From contig JACPAV010000009.1 of the NCBI GenBank assembly GCA_016180645.1, forward strand, positions 1 to 64,000: a DNA stretch of 64,000 nt, given 5' to 3'. Of this stretch, positions 49,309 through 57,477 are shown piece by piece. This stretch comes from Nitrospirota bacterium (GTDB lineage Bacteria > JACPQY01). A model generated the notes under the pieces. That model worked only from the letters and a program-made list of their open reading frames with translations. It did no database searches and was not told the DNA's origin. How positions within the stretch are numbered: the stretch's first letter is position 1; each line of letters opens with the position of its first letter. Made by a program: the position numbers and the translations under genes.

Positions 49309-50142
49309 ATGGCCAAACCTTCCGGCAAGCGAAAGAAGAAAGGGCGTCCGATCCCTTTGGCGAAAATCATCGCCGCGTCGGGACGGACGATCGCTACGGG
49401 GGGGCAGTTCGTCGGCCACAAGATTGCCGAGTGGTATGGAAAGGTCGATCCCGACGTCTCGCGCCATCTCCTTCAAGTTCCGCTCCTCAGTTACTCGCTG
49501 TTCTCCTCGCGACAGGAAGAGGTCGAGCCGGGCGAACCGGACGGACATCCCCCCCTGATCCTCGTCTACGGCCTCGGGGGAAACCGGGGCAATTTCCTCC
49601 TGATGTCGTGGTACCTCCGGATCTACGGGCGGAAACGGATCTATCGCGTCGCGTTCAATCCCGAGCAGACCATCCGGCAACGGGCAACCGCGTTGGGCAA
49701 ATTCATCGAAAAAGTGGCCGACGCCAATCACGAGTCCCAGGTGGACGTGGTGGCCCACAGCCTTGGCGGGGTCGTCGCCCGACTGGCCGTTTCCAGAGAA
49801 AAGACGGCCAAGCGCGTTCATACGTTGATTACGTTGGGTGCGCCTCACGGAGGAACCTACCCGGCCCGGTTTGCCAATACGAAGATCACGAAGGATCTCC
49901 GGCCCGACAGCCCGCTTATGCGCGGACTTCGGCGCCAGCCGTGGCCCCGACGCGTTCGAGGCGTAACTTTGTGGAGCAAGAATGATCTGTTTGTTCTCCC
50001 CCCGGAGTCGGCCACTCTCCAAGGCACGAAGAAAATCGACATGACTCCTTTCACACACTACAGCTACCTGATCGAACCCAAGAGTTGGGAAACGGTCCGC
50101 CGGGAACTGGGCCGACCGAACGGCGCGCGAAAAGAATTGTGA
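49309..50142 (+). CDS. Lipase/esterase (alpha/beta fold)
   Basis: AHSLGG nucleophile elbow, ITLGAPHGG. Confidence 0.82.
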   Translation: MAKPSGKRKKKGRPIPLAKIIAASGRTIATGGQFVGHKIAEWYGKVDPDVSRHLLQVPLLSYSLFSSRQEEVEPGEPDGHPPLILVYGLGGNRGNFLLMSWYLRIYGRKRIYRVAFNPEQTIRQRATALGKFIEKVADANHESQVDVVAHSLGGVVARLAVSREKTAKRVHTLITLGAPHGGTYPARFANTKITKDLRPDSPLMRGLRRQPWPRRVRGVTLWSKNDLFVLPPESATLQGTKKIDMTPFTHYSYLIEPKSWETVRRELGRPNGARKEL

Positions 50143-51143
50143 AGCGTCTCGCCGCTCTCGCGGCCGTGGTCCTACTCCCTGCCTGTTCGGGGTCGGATGC
50201 GGCCAGTCCATTCGGCTATTCTCTCGACGGCGTCCTCCGGCTCAATCACCTCCAGGCCAAGGGGACGCACAACAGCTATCACATCGCGCCGAGTCCCTTT
50301 CTGCTCGCCGATTTGGACTACTCGCAGGGTCCGCTGGACGTTCAACTCGGCGATCAAGGCGTGAGGCAGTTTGAGCTCGACGTCCATCGAGACGCCTCCA
50401 CGGGGAAGTTTCGCGTGTATCACATTCCGGTGGTGGATGAAGGCGTCACCTGTTACTGGTTCACCGACTGCCTCCAGGTGATGAGGACGTGGTCGGATGC
50501 TCACCTCGGGCATCACCCCATCTTCACGATGATTGAGTTCAAGGATGAGGTGGACACGGCCCGGATCACCGGGCACTACGATGAATTCGACGCGGAGATT
50601 CGATCCGTTTGGCCGGAGGATCGGCTGATCACGCCCGATTTGGTGCAGGGATCTTCACCGGACTTGGAAACCGCAGTGCTGACCCGTGGATGGCCCACGC
50701 TGGGGGAAAGCCGGGGCAAAGCTTTCTTCATGATCCTGGATGACGAGCCGCACAGGACGTACTACACGGACGGCGACCGGACGCTGAAGGGCCGCGCCGC
50801 GTTCATGATGGCGGACGAGCGGTTTCCGTATGCGGTAGTTCGAGCGATCGATGATCCGATTGCGCAGGAAGCGCGGATTCGGGAGCAGGTCGCAGCGGGC
50901 TATCTTGTCCGTACGCGGGCGGACGCGCTGGACGAGCCGCGGGTGGGGGACACTCGCCGGCTTGAAGCCGCCCTTCGGAGCGGCGCCCATTTCCTCAGCA
51001 CGGACTACCCCGCCCCCGGCATGATCGCCAACTATTCCGTGGAGATTCCCGGCGGCTCGCCCTCCCGCTGCAATCCCGTCTCCGCCCCGCCGGAATGCAC
51101 TTCTTCCGACATCGAAGATCCGTCGCGGTTAACAGCGCGATAA
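50139..51143 (+). CDS. Ca2+-dependent phosphoinositide-specific phospholipase C-like lipoprotein
   Basis: Lipobox LPAC; GTHNSYH, GVRQFELD, WPTL, VRTRAD, STDYP. Confidence 0.85.
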   Translation: MKRLAALAAVVLLPACSGSDAASPFGYSLDGVLRLNHLQAKGTHNSYHIAPSPFLLADLDYSQGPLDVQLGDQGVRQFELDVHRDASTGKFRVYHIPVVDEGVTCYWFTDCLQVMRTWSDAHLGHHPIFTMIEFKDEVDTARITGHYDEFDAEIRSVWPEDRLITPDLVQGSSPDLETAVLTRGWPTLGESRGKAFFMILDDEPHRTYYTDGDRTLKGRAAFMMADERFPYAVVRAIDDPIAQEARIREQVAAGYLVRTRADALDEPRVGDTRRLEAALRSGAHFLSTDYPAPGMIANYSVEIPGGSPSRCNPVSAPPECTSSDIEDPSRLTAR

Positions 51144-51170
51144 GACCGCCTTCCGCGCCATAGGCTCTAG

Positions 51171-51258
51171 CGGTCAACTCCATACACCTGACAGAACCGA
51201 AAGCTGGGATAGTCCTACGGAATGGGAACACCTTGTGTACAGAGTATAGAGTTGACCC
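51171..51258. mobile_element. 88-bp non-coding element with terminal inverted repeats (copy 1)
   Basis: GGTCAACTC...GAGTTGACC ends; about 8 mismatches against the copy at 53828-53915. Confidence 0.75.
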
Positions 51259-51314
51259 TAGTTGCTAGTTGCCCAACTACTTGATTGGTCACACCTGGTT
51301 TGCCCGCCGTGATG

Positions 51315-51343
51315 TTGACATAAAGCACACATTGTCATAGTAT
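51315..51343 (+). promoter_or_regulatory. Sigma-70 promoter of the BrnT-type toxin-antitoxin pair
   Basis: TTGACA-N17-TAGTAT with an internal TGACA...TGTCA inverted repeat; ATG 5 nt downstream. Confidence 0.65.
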
Positions 51344-51348
51344 TGGGC

Positions 51349-51642
51349 ATGGCTGGAGGATATGAGTTTGAGTTCGATCCGAACAAGAACAAGGCCCTCA
51401 TGCGGGGAAGGGGAATCAGTTTTGAAGAGATCATCCTGCTCATCGATGAAGGACATCTGCTCGATGTCGTCGAGCATCCGAACAAGGCCCGTTACCCAGA
51501 CCAGCAGATGTACGTCGTTGACGTGGGCGGATATGTCTACCTCGTCCCCTTTGTGAGGGAAGGCAACAGAGTCACTCTCAAGACCGTCTATCCGAGCCGA
51601 AAGGCGACGAAAGAATACCGGGCAAAGGAGGAACAGCCGTGA
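51349..51642 (+). CDS. BrnT-like toxin
   Basis: FEFDPNKN...RGISFEEI...YVYLVPFV...LKTVYPSRKATK. Confidence 0.85.
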   Translation: MAGGYEFEFDPNKNKALMRGRGISFEEIILLIDEGHLLDVVEHPNKARYPDQQMYVVDVGGYVYLVPFVREGNRVTLKTVYPSRKATKEYRAKEEQP

Positions 51643-51914
51643 AGAGAATGAACCAGGACGAAGAAATCGAGGCTCTCAAGGCCCTAGACCGGGGGAAACT
51701 GGCGCGTTCCAAGGACGCCGCAAGAGAGATTCAAGTCGCCCGGGAAGCGGCGGGGGCCTACCTCAGGAAGGATGAGCGGATCAATATCCGCCTATCGGGG
51801 CCGGACCTGAAGCTTCTGAAGCGAAGAGCTGCGGAGGAGGGGATTCCCTACCAGACGCTCGTTGCGAGTGTGCTGCACAAGTTTGTTTCCGGCCGACTCC
51901 AGACCAGAGGTTGA
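51639..51914 (+). CDS. CopG/BrnA-like antitoxin
   Basis: KDERINIRLS...AAEEGIPYQTLVASVLH. Confidence 0.88.
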   Translation: MKRMNQDEEIEALKALDRGKLARSKDAAREIQVAREAAGAYLRKDERINIRLSGPDLKLLKRRAAEEGIPYQTLVASVLHKFVSGRLQTRG

Positions 51915-52078
51915 CTCAGCCGCTGGCCACGAACGAAACTCCTGTGCGTCCGCCCGCTGGCCAACTGACGTCGTCGGAACCCCCCCCTCCGGCTCCGCCT
52001 TCAACCTCAAGATTCCGCGCAAGCTCCATCCAAAAGCGCCACCCCCCAGGCCCGATCCCGACCGCCGCGAAATGTCCA

Positions 52079-52096
52079 GTGTATAGAGTTGACCCC
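52079..52096. repeat. Solo terminal repeat of the 88-bp element family
   Basis: GTGTATAGAGTTGACCC is the exact reverse complement of 53828-53844. Confidence 0.75.
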
Positions 52097-52118
52097 ACTA
52101 GCCCCCACTAGCCCGTCG

Positions 52119-53633
52119 CTACCCCTCAACATTCGCCCTCGACTGCAATCGGGCAGTTTTCCTCCAACTGGGCATGACTTCGTCAAGTCGACCTGCTTTC
52201 CGGACAATATTGTAGGTCGTGCCATTCCCAACCTGCCAATGCTTTCGAGATGCGAAACGCTTACCCTCGTGCATTGCCGATTCAATCGTCCACCGATTTC
52301 GGGTCCGTGGGACTACTTCATCCAGTCGACCTGCCTCCCGAACCAAGTTGTAGCTTGTGAACTGCGCCACTTTCCACTCCTGGCGGTTTTTGTATTTCTC
52401 CCCCTCTCCAAGCGCACGCTCAAGCGTCCATTTTCGCGTGTCCCTTGGACGGAGAACCGTTCGAAGAAGGCCCGCTCGGCGGACGAGATCATATGAACCA
52501 GGATGACTGCGTGCCCATTCAGTAAGGCTCTGCTGAATTCTTCCGATGGAGATCGCTTTCTCAAGACTCAGGGGCCTCCGCTTTGGCAGGACCTCGTCCA
52601 ATAACCCTGCCTGTCTAACAATCTGAAATGCCCGGCTGGATTTCCTCTGAGCACGATCGCGGTTCGGATATGTCTTTAGCTGATCCACGGCTGCCTGCAG
52701 CGACCACTTGCGGTATCGCGGTTCCATGTGGCTGCAACACCTCGCGAGCATGCCCCGGCGGCGTGCAGCCTGATAGGACGCCGCATGATCCATCTGCCAT
52801 GCATATTTCGACTCGTATTTCCGTGCGATCAATCGGAGTTCTCGGTCTGTGTAGGGTCTAGCTGAGCCCAGCGAACCGGCGCGCGTTCGATTCAGAATCG
52901 TCCATCCTGCCTGCGCATACCAGCGGATTGCTCGTTCCTCTGCGACTTGGGATTGCTTTGGCGTGAGTCCACGTGCTCGAATCCGGATGGTCGGCAACAC
53001 GCCTCCAAGCGAGTCGATTCGATCACGTACGGTTCGATGCCGCCTATTGGCCCTGAAATGATCTGCAATCCGAAACCGGGGGTTCAACGAAATTCCGACG
53101 TAGGCGCTTCCGTCAATGAATTCGAGCGCATACACAGACCGGGGTTTTGCCGTGTTTGGTATCCAATGTGGCCGTCGCATATGCCTGCAAACATCATCCA
53201 GAATTCCTCGATAGTGTGCCGCATCATAGAGGCTGGGAGCCCTCTCCCGGAATTCTTTTCTCGATCGGTACTTGAGCGCCCCCTCGTGGATCTCTCTCTT
53301 GGAGTAGCGGGAATGGAGCCCACGACGCATGTGCTGAGTGGCATCTTGATGGATGCCAAGTCGGAAGCTACTCTGATACGCAACGTTTGAACCCTTTCGC
53401 CAACCCTCCAACGTCTTGTACCTACCGGCATCTCCCAGAACTTTCTCACGCGTCCAAATAAGCGGGCCCATCTTTGGTTTCGGCATATGGGAAGTTGCGC
53501 GCTCATGTATCCCGCTCTGGATGGCGATTCGGTACGCATAGGCGGAGTTCTCTTTCCATTCACTCCTCGAATGAAACCGCCTGGCGTCTGTGAGAATTCG
53601 GCTGGCCGTCCAGTATCTCCTTCGCTTTCGCAT
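52119..53633 (-). CDS. GIY-YIG nuclease with eight ~45-50-aa helical repeats
   Basis: Central SVYALEF...AYVGIS...RIADH...E...N; three repeats before and five after, pattern W(T/S)xE...A(R/K)KY...W...AY...R.G.LD. Confidence 0.75.
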   Translation of the reverse strand: MRKRRRYWTASRILTDARRFHSRSEWKENSAYAYRIAIQSGIHERATSHMPKPKMGPLIWTREKVLGDAGRYKTLEGWRKGSNVAYQSSFRLGIHQDATQHMRRGLHSRYSKREIHEGALKYRSRKEFRERAPSLYDAAHYRGILDDVCRHMRRPHWIPNTAKPRSVYALEFIDGSAYVGISLNPRFRIADHFRANRRHRTVRDRIDSLGGVLPTIRIRARGLTPKQSQVAEERAIRWYAQAGWTILNRTRAGSLGSARPYTDRELRLIARKYESKYAWQMDHAASYQAARRRGMLARCCSHMEPRYRKWSLQAAVDQLKTYPNRDRAQRKSSRAFQIVRQAGLLDEVLPKRRPLSLEKAISIGRIQQSLTEWARSHPGSYDLVRRAGLLRTVLRPRDTRKWTLERALGEGEKYKNRQEWKVAQFTSYNLVREAGRLDEVVPRTRNRWTIESAMHEGKRFASRKHWQVGNGTTYNIVRKAGRLDEVMPSWRKTARLQSRANVEG

Positions 53634-53727
53634 GCGGAGAGTATATACGGGTCGAGCCAGTGCGGTGTACGTCGCCCCCCCGCCAAAACCTATCCTGGGA
53701 CTCTGAAACCAGAAGGTCCCGGCCCAG

Positions 53728-53806
53728 CTACGGCTTCAGAATGATCTTGCCGTGGGTTTTCCGGCCGGCGAGGTCGCGGAGGGCTTCGCGGGCGCGGTCG
53801 AGAGGG
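53728..53806 (-). pseudogene. Orphan 3' fragment of a quinone oxidoreductase gene
   Basis: Encodes PLDRAREALRDLAGRKTHGKIILKP*, versus [25 protein letters not shown] for the gene ending at 55385. Confidence 0.75.
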
Positions 53807-53827
53807 CGCACGGGCGAGAGGGCGCAC

Positions 53828-53915
53828 GGGTCAACTCTATACACGTGACAGAACCGACAGCTGGGATAGTCCTACGGAATAGGAGTACCTTGTGTACAGA
53901 GTCTAGAGTTGACCC
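53828..53915. mobile_element. 88-bp non-coding element with terminal inverted repeats (copy 2)
   Basis: GGGTCAACTCTA...TAGAGTTGACCC; interrupts the cassette ORF. Confidence 0.75.
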
Positions 53916-54446
53916 TAATTGCACGAGTTTCAGAACGTACAGACCGAAGTCGAACTTGAAATGGCGAATCTCTGGGATTCTCAGTGCCCTTGGATCGAAT
54001 GCACGGACGACCTCGCCCCATCTCTTGTCCGTGTCGGCAAGGGCGATCTTGAATATGGGCCCAGTGCGCCGCACATCGTACAGAACAAGGTCCTGGCCAT
54101 TGCAAAGACCATACGTGTTGCAGCGGACCTCAGGGTGAATCGCGTAGCTGAACGCCTGCTCGACGTGATGAGACTTTACGATGGACTCACCGGGCCGCTT
54201 GGCGTCCAGAACGAGCAAGGGCTCGTCGTCGACGAGCAAGGTGTAGTCCGGAACGATATTAACGGGATACCGCTTAGAACCGATCATCACAAACGGGTGG
54301 ACCAGGGCTTTGCTGCGCACGACCTTGAAACGCCCGGTCGGTGAGTAGCCAAGCCGCTTAAGCAATGGAGCGACCAGCTCTTCCCGGACCGCGTCTTCCT
54401 TGAAAGCAGGCTCGTCAAGAGCGCTGAAATCGAAGTCTCCGAACAT
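53916..54446 (-). pseudogene. HsdR N-terminal-like PD-(D/E)XK nuclease cassette gene, truncated by the 88-bp element
   Basis: EDAVREELVAPLLKRLGY, PDY, LDAK, QAFSYA, LCNG; the frame runs into the repeat element. Confidence 0.7.
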
Positions 54447-54455
54447 GCGGTTACC

Positions 54456-54547
54456 GGCTAACGATCCGGTAAGCTGCGGCGCGCTTGCGCAACCTCGATT
54501 CCGCCACCGACCTCCCGCGCGCCGTCAGCTTCAGCCGGATGTTAAGC
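54456..54547 (-). mobile_element. Integron attC site
   Basis: Minus strand GCTTAAC-atccggc-TGAAGCTGAC...GCAGCTTA-ccggatc-GTTAGCC, an imperfect palindrome with extrahelical bases between two same-strand ORFs. Confidence 0.85.
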
Positions 54548-54574
54548 CCGCTGCTGACTTGGCATCCATGAACT

Positions 54575-55000
54575 TCAGCGTTCCCTTCCCCAGGACCCCT
54601 GTGAGTTCGCTACAGGCTGGGCCCGGAATCTGGCGGCAAAGACTCTGATTATCAAACTTTCGAGCGACCGTGGTGACCGGCGTCGTGAGCACGGCACAAT
54701 GGCAAATCGAGCACCGAAGGCGGCCGCGTATTCGTAGCGGGGCCAATATCGGGACAAGGGTCGCGACCCCCGGGCCTCTCGCATGTACTTGAGATGTTGG
54801 ACGAGTCGCTTGCGGAGACCGGAAGCTTGGCCAATGTAGAAAACCGCTGAACGTCCCCTTGGATACTGGAACTTGGTACTACCTGCTGTCACCAGAACGT
54901 ACACGCCAGCCTGGTTCGGGACAGTCTGGATCGCGCGCTTCCGGAGCGGAAGGAGGCCACTCGCTCGGTATCTTGTGGGGATGAACTTTAGGTCGCTCAT
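54575..55000 (-). CDS. GIY-YIG nuclease-like integron cassette gene
   Basis: PNQAGVYVL...FYIGQASGLRKRLVQH; bounded by GTTAGGC and attC. Confidence 0.75.
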   Translation of the reverse strand: MSDLKFIPTRYRASGLLPLRKRAIQTVPNQAGVYVLVTAGSTKFQYPRGRSAVFYIGQASGLRKRLVQHLKYMREARGSRPLSRYWPRYEYAAAFGARFAIVPCSRRRSPRSLESLIIRVFAARFRAQPVANSQGSWGRER

Positions 55001-55013
55001 GTTTTCAGAATGG

Positions 55014-55080
55014 GCCTAACCATTGATTAACTTGCTATTGTGCCCTGATAATGTGATTTCTTCCAAGCAGTTTTGCCATA
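55014..55080 (-). mobile_element. attI-like site
   Basis: Core GTTAGGC at 55020-55014, preceded by AT-rich, non-palindromic sequence; no intI adjacent. Confidence 0.5.
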
Positions 55081-55295
55081 TGCCCATTATGAATCAGGCC
55101 CGCGTTCCCAGAGCACCCGCACGAAGGTGACTATATGCCCGACTCAACCAGAACTCAAAAGCCCAAACTCCTCGATGAAGCACGACGGGTGCTCCGTCTG
55201 CACCACTATTCCATTCACACCGTCGCCCCCGCTTCGCTCCGGGGACGATGAGTAGAAGAATCACGGGATCTTTGCATCGAGCGATCCTACGTGGA

Positions 55296-55352
55296 GTAGA
55301 CGCACCCATTACGGGTGCGCCTTCGGACGCAGGCTAAAGCCTGCGGCTACCG
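55296..55352. repeat. GTAG-type REP doublet
   Basis: GTAGACGCACCC...GGGTGCG and CGCAGGCTAAAGCCTGCGGCTAC; relatives near 39693-39737 and 57088-57179. Confidence 0.7.
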
Positions 55353-55384
55353 GTCCAACGCGTTTTCAAACAGAGCCTAGTCGA

Positions 55385-56356
55385 TCAGGGCTGGAGGATG
55401 ATCTTGCCGTGGGTCCTGCGGTCGGCGAGTTCGGCGAGGGCTTGGCGGGCGTCGGAGAGCGGATAGGTCTTGTAGATCACGGGGCGGATCTGGCCCGCGG
55501 CATACATTCGATAGAGTTCGTCCTGCGTTCGATCGACGAGGGCGTTGTCATGACGGCGATACTCACCCCAATGGATGCCCATAACGGCAATGTTTTTGAG
55601 GAGGATGCGATTGGCGGCGACTTGGGGAATTCGGCCCGACGTAAAGCCGACGATCACCGCGCGTCCTTCCCAGGCGATGCACTTGAGACTGAGATCGAGG
55701 AAATCGCCGCCGACGGCGTCGCAGATGACATCCGCGCCATGATCGCCGGTGATGTCCTTCACCTTTTGCACCCAGTCGCCATCCCGATAGGAAATGGCAT
55801 GATGCGCGCCGTTCTCCAGGCAGACTGAAAATTTCTCCTCGCTGCCTACTGCCGCGATGACCTTGGCGCCCAACGCTCTCCCGATTTGGACAGCCGCGAG
55901 GCCCACTCCGCCCGCCGCGGCTGAAACGAGGAGCCATTCTCCCTTCATCAATTGCGCGCGATGGACCAGGCCGAAGTACGAGGTCTGGTAGACCGCCTGA
56001 AACGCCGCCGCATGCTCGAAGGACATCTCGTCCGGAAGTTTGTAGGTCGTCAGGTCCGGCGCGAGGGCCTGTTCCGCGTAGCCGCCGGTAAGGAGCAGCG
56101 ACATGATTCGGTCACCGGGTTTGAACCTCGATCCCGGTCCGGCCTCCTCCACCACGCCGGAGATCTCGTTTCCGGGCGTAAACGGCAGCGGCGGTTTCAT
56201 CTGGTACTTTCCCTGGATCATCAGGATGTCGTAGAAATTGAGCGCCGAGGCTTCCACGCGCACGCGCGTCCACCCATAATCCGGCTTCGGCTCGGGAAGA
56301 TCCACGAGCTTCATGTCCTCCGGCTCGCACCACTCGCTCACCTGCCATGCACGCAT
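55385..56356 (-). CDS. NADPH:quinone oxidoreductase (MDR family)
   Basis: [37 protein letters not shown]. Confidence 0.92.
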   Translation of the reverse strand: MRAWQVSEWCEPEDMKLVDLPEPKPDYGWTRVRVEASALNFYDILMIQGKYQMKPPLPFTPGNEISGVVEEAGPGSRFKPGDRIMSLLLTGGYAEQALAPDLTTYKLPDEMSFEHAAAFQAVYQTSYFGLVHRAQLMKGEWLLVSAAAGGVGLAAVQIGRALGAKVIAAVGSEEKFSVCLENGAHHAISYRDGDWVQKVKDITGDHGADVICDAVGGDFLDLSLKCIAWEGRAVIVGFTSGRIPQVAANRILLKNIAVMGIHWGEYRRHDNALVDRTQDELYRMYAAGQIRPVIYKTYPLSDARQALAELADRRTHGKIILQP

Positions 56357-56450
56357 TCCTTTCCCATACCCGATGTCGGATCGCATTTCCAGACCAAACA
56401 GGTCATCGATTCGAGTTGCGGTGGCCGACAATCCTCATTATCATCCGGCG

Positions 56451-57065
56451 ATGAAAAAGAGATTTTTCCTTCGCGGATTGATTCTGTTCTTCGCGCTCGC
56501 CGTAACTTCGGCGCAGGCGCAGGAAGGAAAGAAGGCCGAAAAGGTGGCGAAAGCCAAAGGAGGGCATCCCGTGGTCGTACTTGAAACATCACTTGGAAAC
56601 ATCGAAGTTGAACTGGATGAAGTGAAGGCCCCGATCTCCACCAAGAATTTTCTCAGCTACGTGAATTCCGGGCACTACAACGGAACAATCTTCCATCGGG
56701 TCATCAAGGACTTCATGATCCAGGGTGGTGGATTCACCAAGGAGATGTCTCAAAAGCCCACCGAGGCGTCGATCAAGAACGAGGCCGGGAATGGGCTCAA
56801 GAATCTTCGGGGGACTCTCGCCATGGCTCGGACCGGCGTGGTGGATTCGGCCACGGCGCAATTCTTTATCAATGTGGTGGACAACGGCTTCCTCGATCAC
56901 GCGGACGAGTCGCCGCGCGGCTTTGGCTATGCGGTGTTTGGGAAAGTGACGTCCGGCATGGATGCGGTGGACAAGATCCGAGCGGTGAAGACCGGCTCGA
57001 AAAACGGAATGGGGGACGTGCCGGTCGAGACCGTCGAGATCAAGAAGGCGTACGTAAAGAAGTAG
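56451..57065 (+). CDS. ppiA: Periplasmic cyclophilin-type peptidyl-prolyl isomerase
   Basis: Signal peptide; [31 protein letters not shown]. Confidence 0.93.
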   Translation: MKKRFFLRGLILFFALAVTSAQAQEGKKAEKVAKAKGGHPVVVLETSLGNIEVELDEVKAPISTKNFLSYVNSGHYNGTIFHRVIKDFMIQGGGFTKEMSQKPTEASIKNEAGNGLKNLRGTLAMARTGVVDSATAQFFINVVDNGFLDHADESPRGFGYAVFGKVTSGMDAVDKIRAVKTGSKNGMGDVPVETVEIKKAYVKK

Positions 57066-57087
57066 AGCAAAGCCCTGCGGGATCCGG

Positions 57088-57179
57088 GTAGCCGCGGGCT
57101 TAATGCCCGCGAAAGAAACGCAGCTTGAAAGCTGCGGCTACCGGGTTCAGGCCATCGCCGCCTAAAGGCTGCGCCTACC
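57088..57179. repeat. GTAG-type REP cluster between convergent genes
   Basis: GTAGCCGCGGGC...GCCCGCG and CGCAGCTTGAAAGCTGCGGCTAC. Confidence 0.7.
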
Positions 57180-57477
57180 GTATTCTGAGGACTTCCCGGT
57201 AGATCGCGTCGGCGGCTTTCGCCCACTCCAGATCTTTTTGCGTCACGCCGTTCTCGCTGTGCGTCGTAATGGAAATCACGACGGTCGTGTACCGAATGGT
57301 GACATCCGGGTGATGGTCGACGCTTTCCGAGTGGTCGGCGATTCGATTCACAAACTCAATGGATTTCCGGAAGGTTGAAAGTTTGTAGCTCTTCGTGATC
57401 TCGTTCGACCTGTATTTCCAGTCTTTGACCTCCTCAAGCCCCGTTCGAACGTCCGCGGGTGTGAGTGCGGGGGTCAT
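57175..57477 (-). CDS. phhB: Pterin-4-alpha-carbinolamine dehydratase
   Basis: DHHPD...TTHS...GVTQKD. Confidence 0.9.
   Translation of the reverse strand: MTPALTPADVRTGLEEVKDWKYRSNEITKSYKLSTFRKSIEFVNRIADHSESVDHHPDVTIRYTTVVISITTHSENGVTQKDLEWAKAADAIYREVLRIR

Noticed and set aside
51171-53915. CRISPR array or IS element
   Set aside because: The repeats are 88 bp long and 2.6 kb apart, with no transposase ORF or cas gene.
57464-57477. A further copy of the GTGCGGGG end motif at the phhB start
   Set aside because: Short match with no partner inverted repeat; probably coincidental coding sequence.
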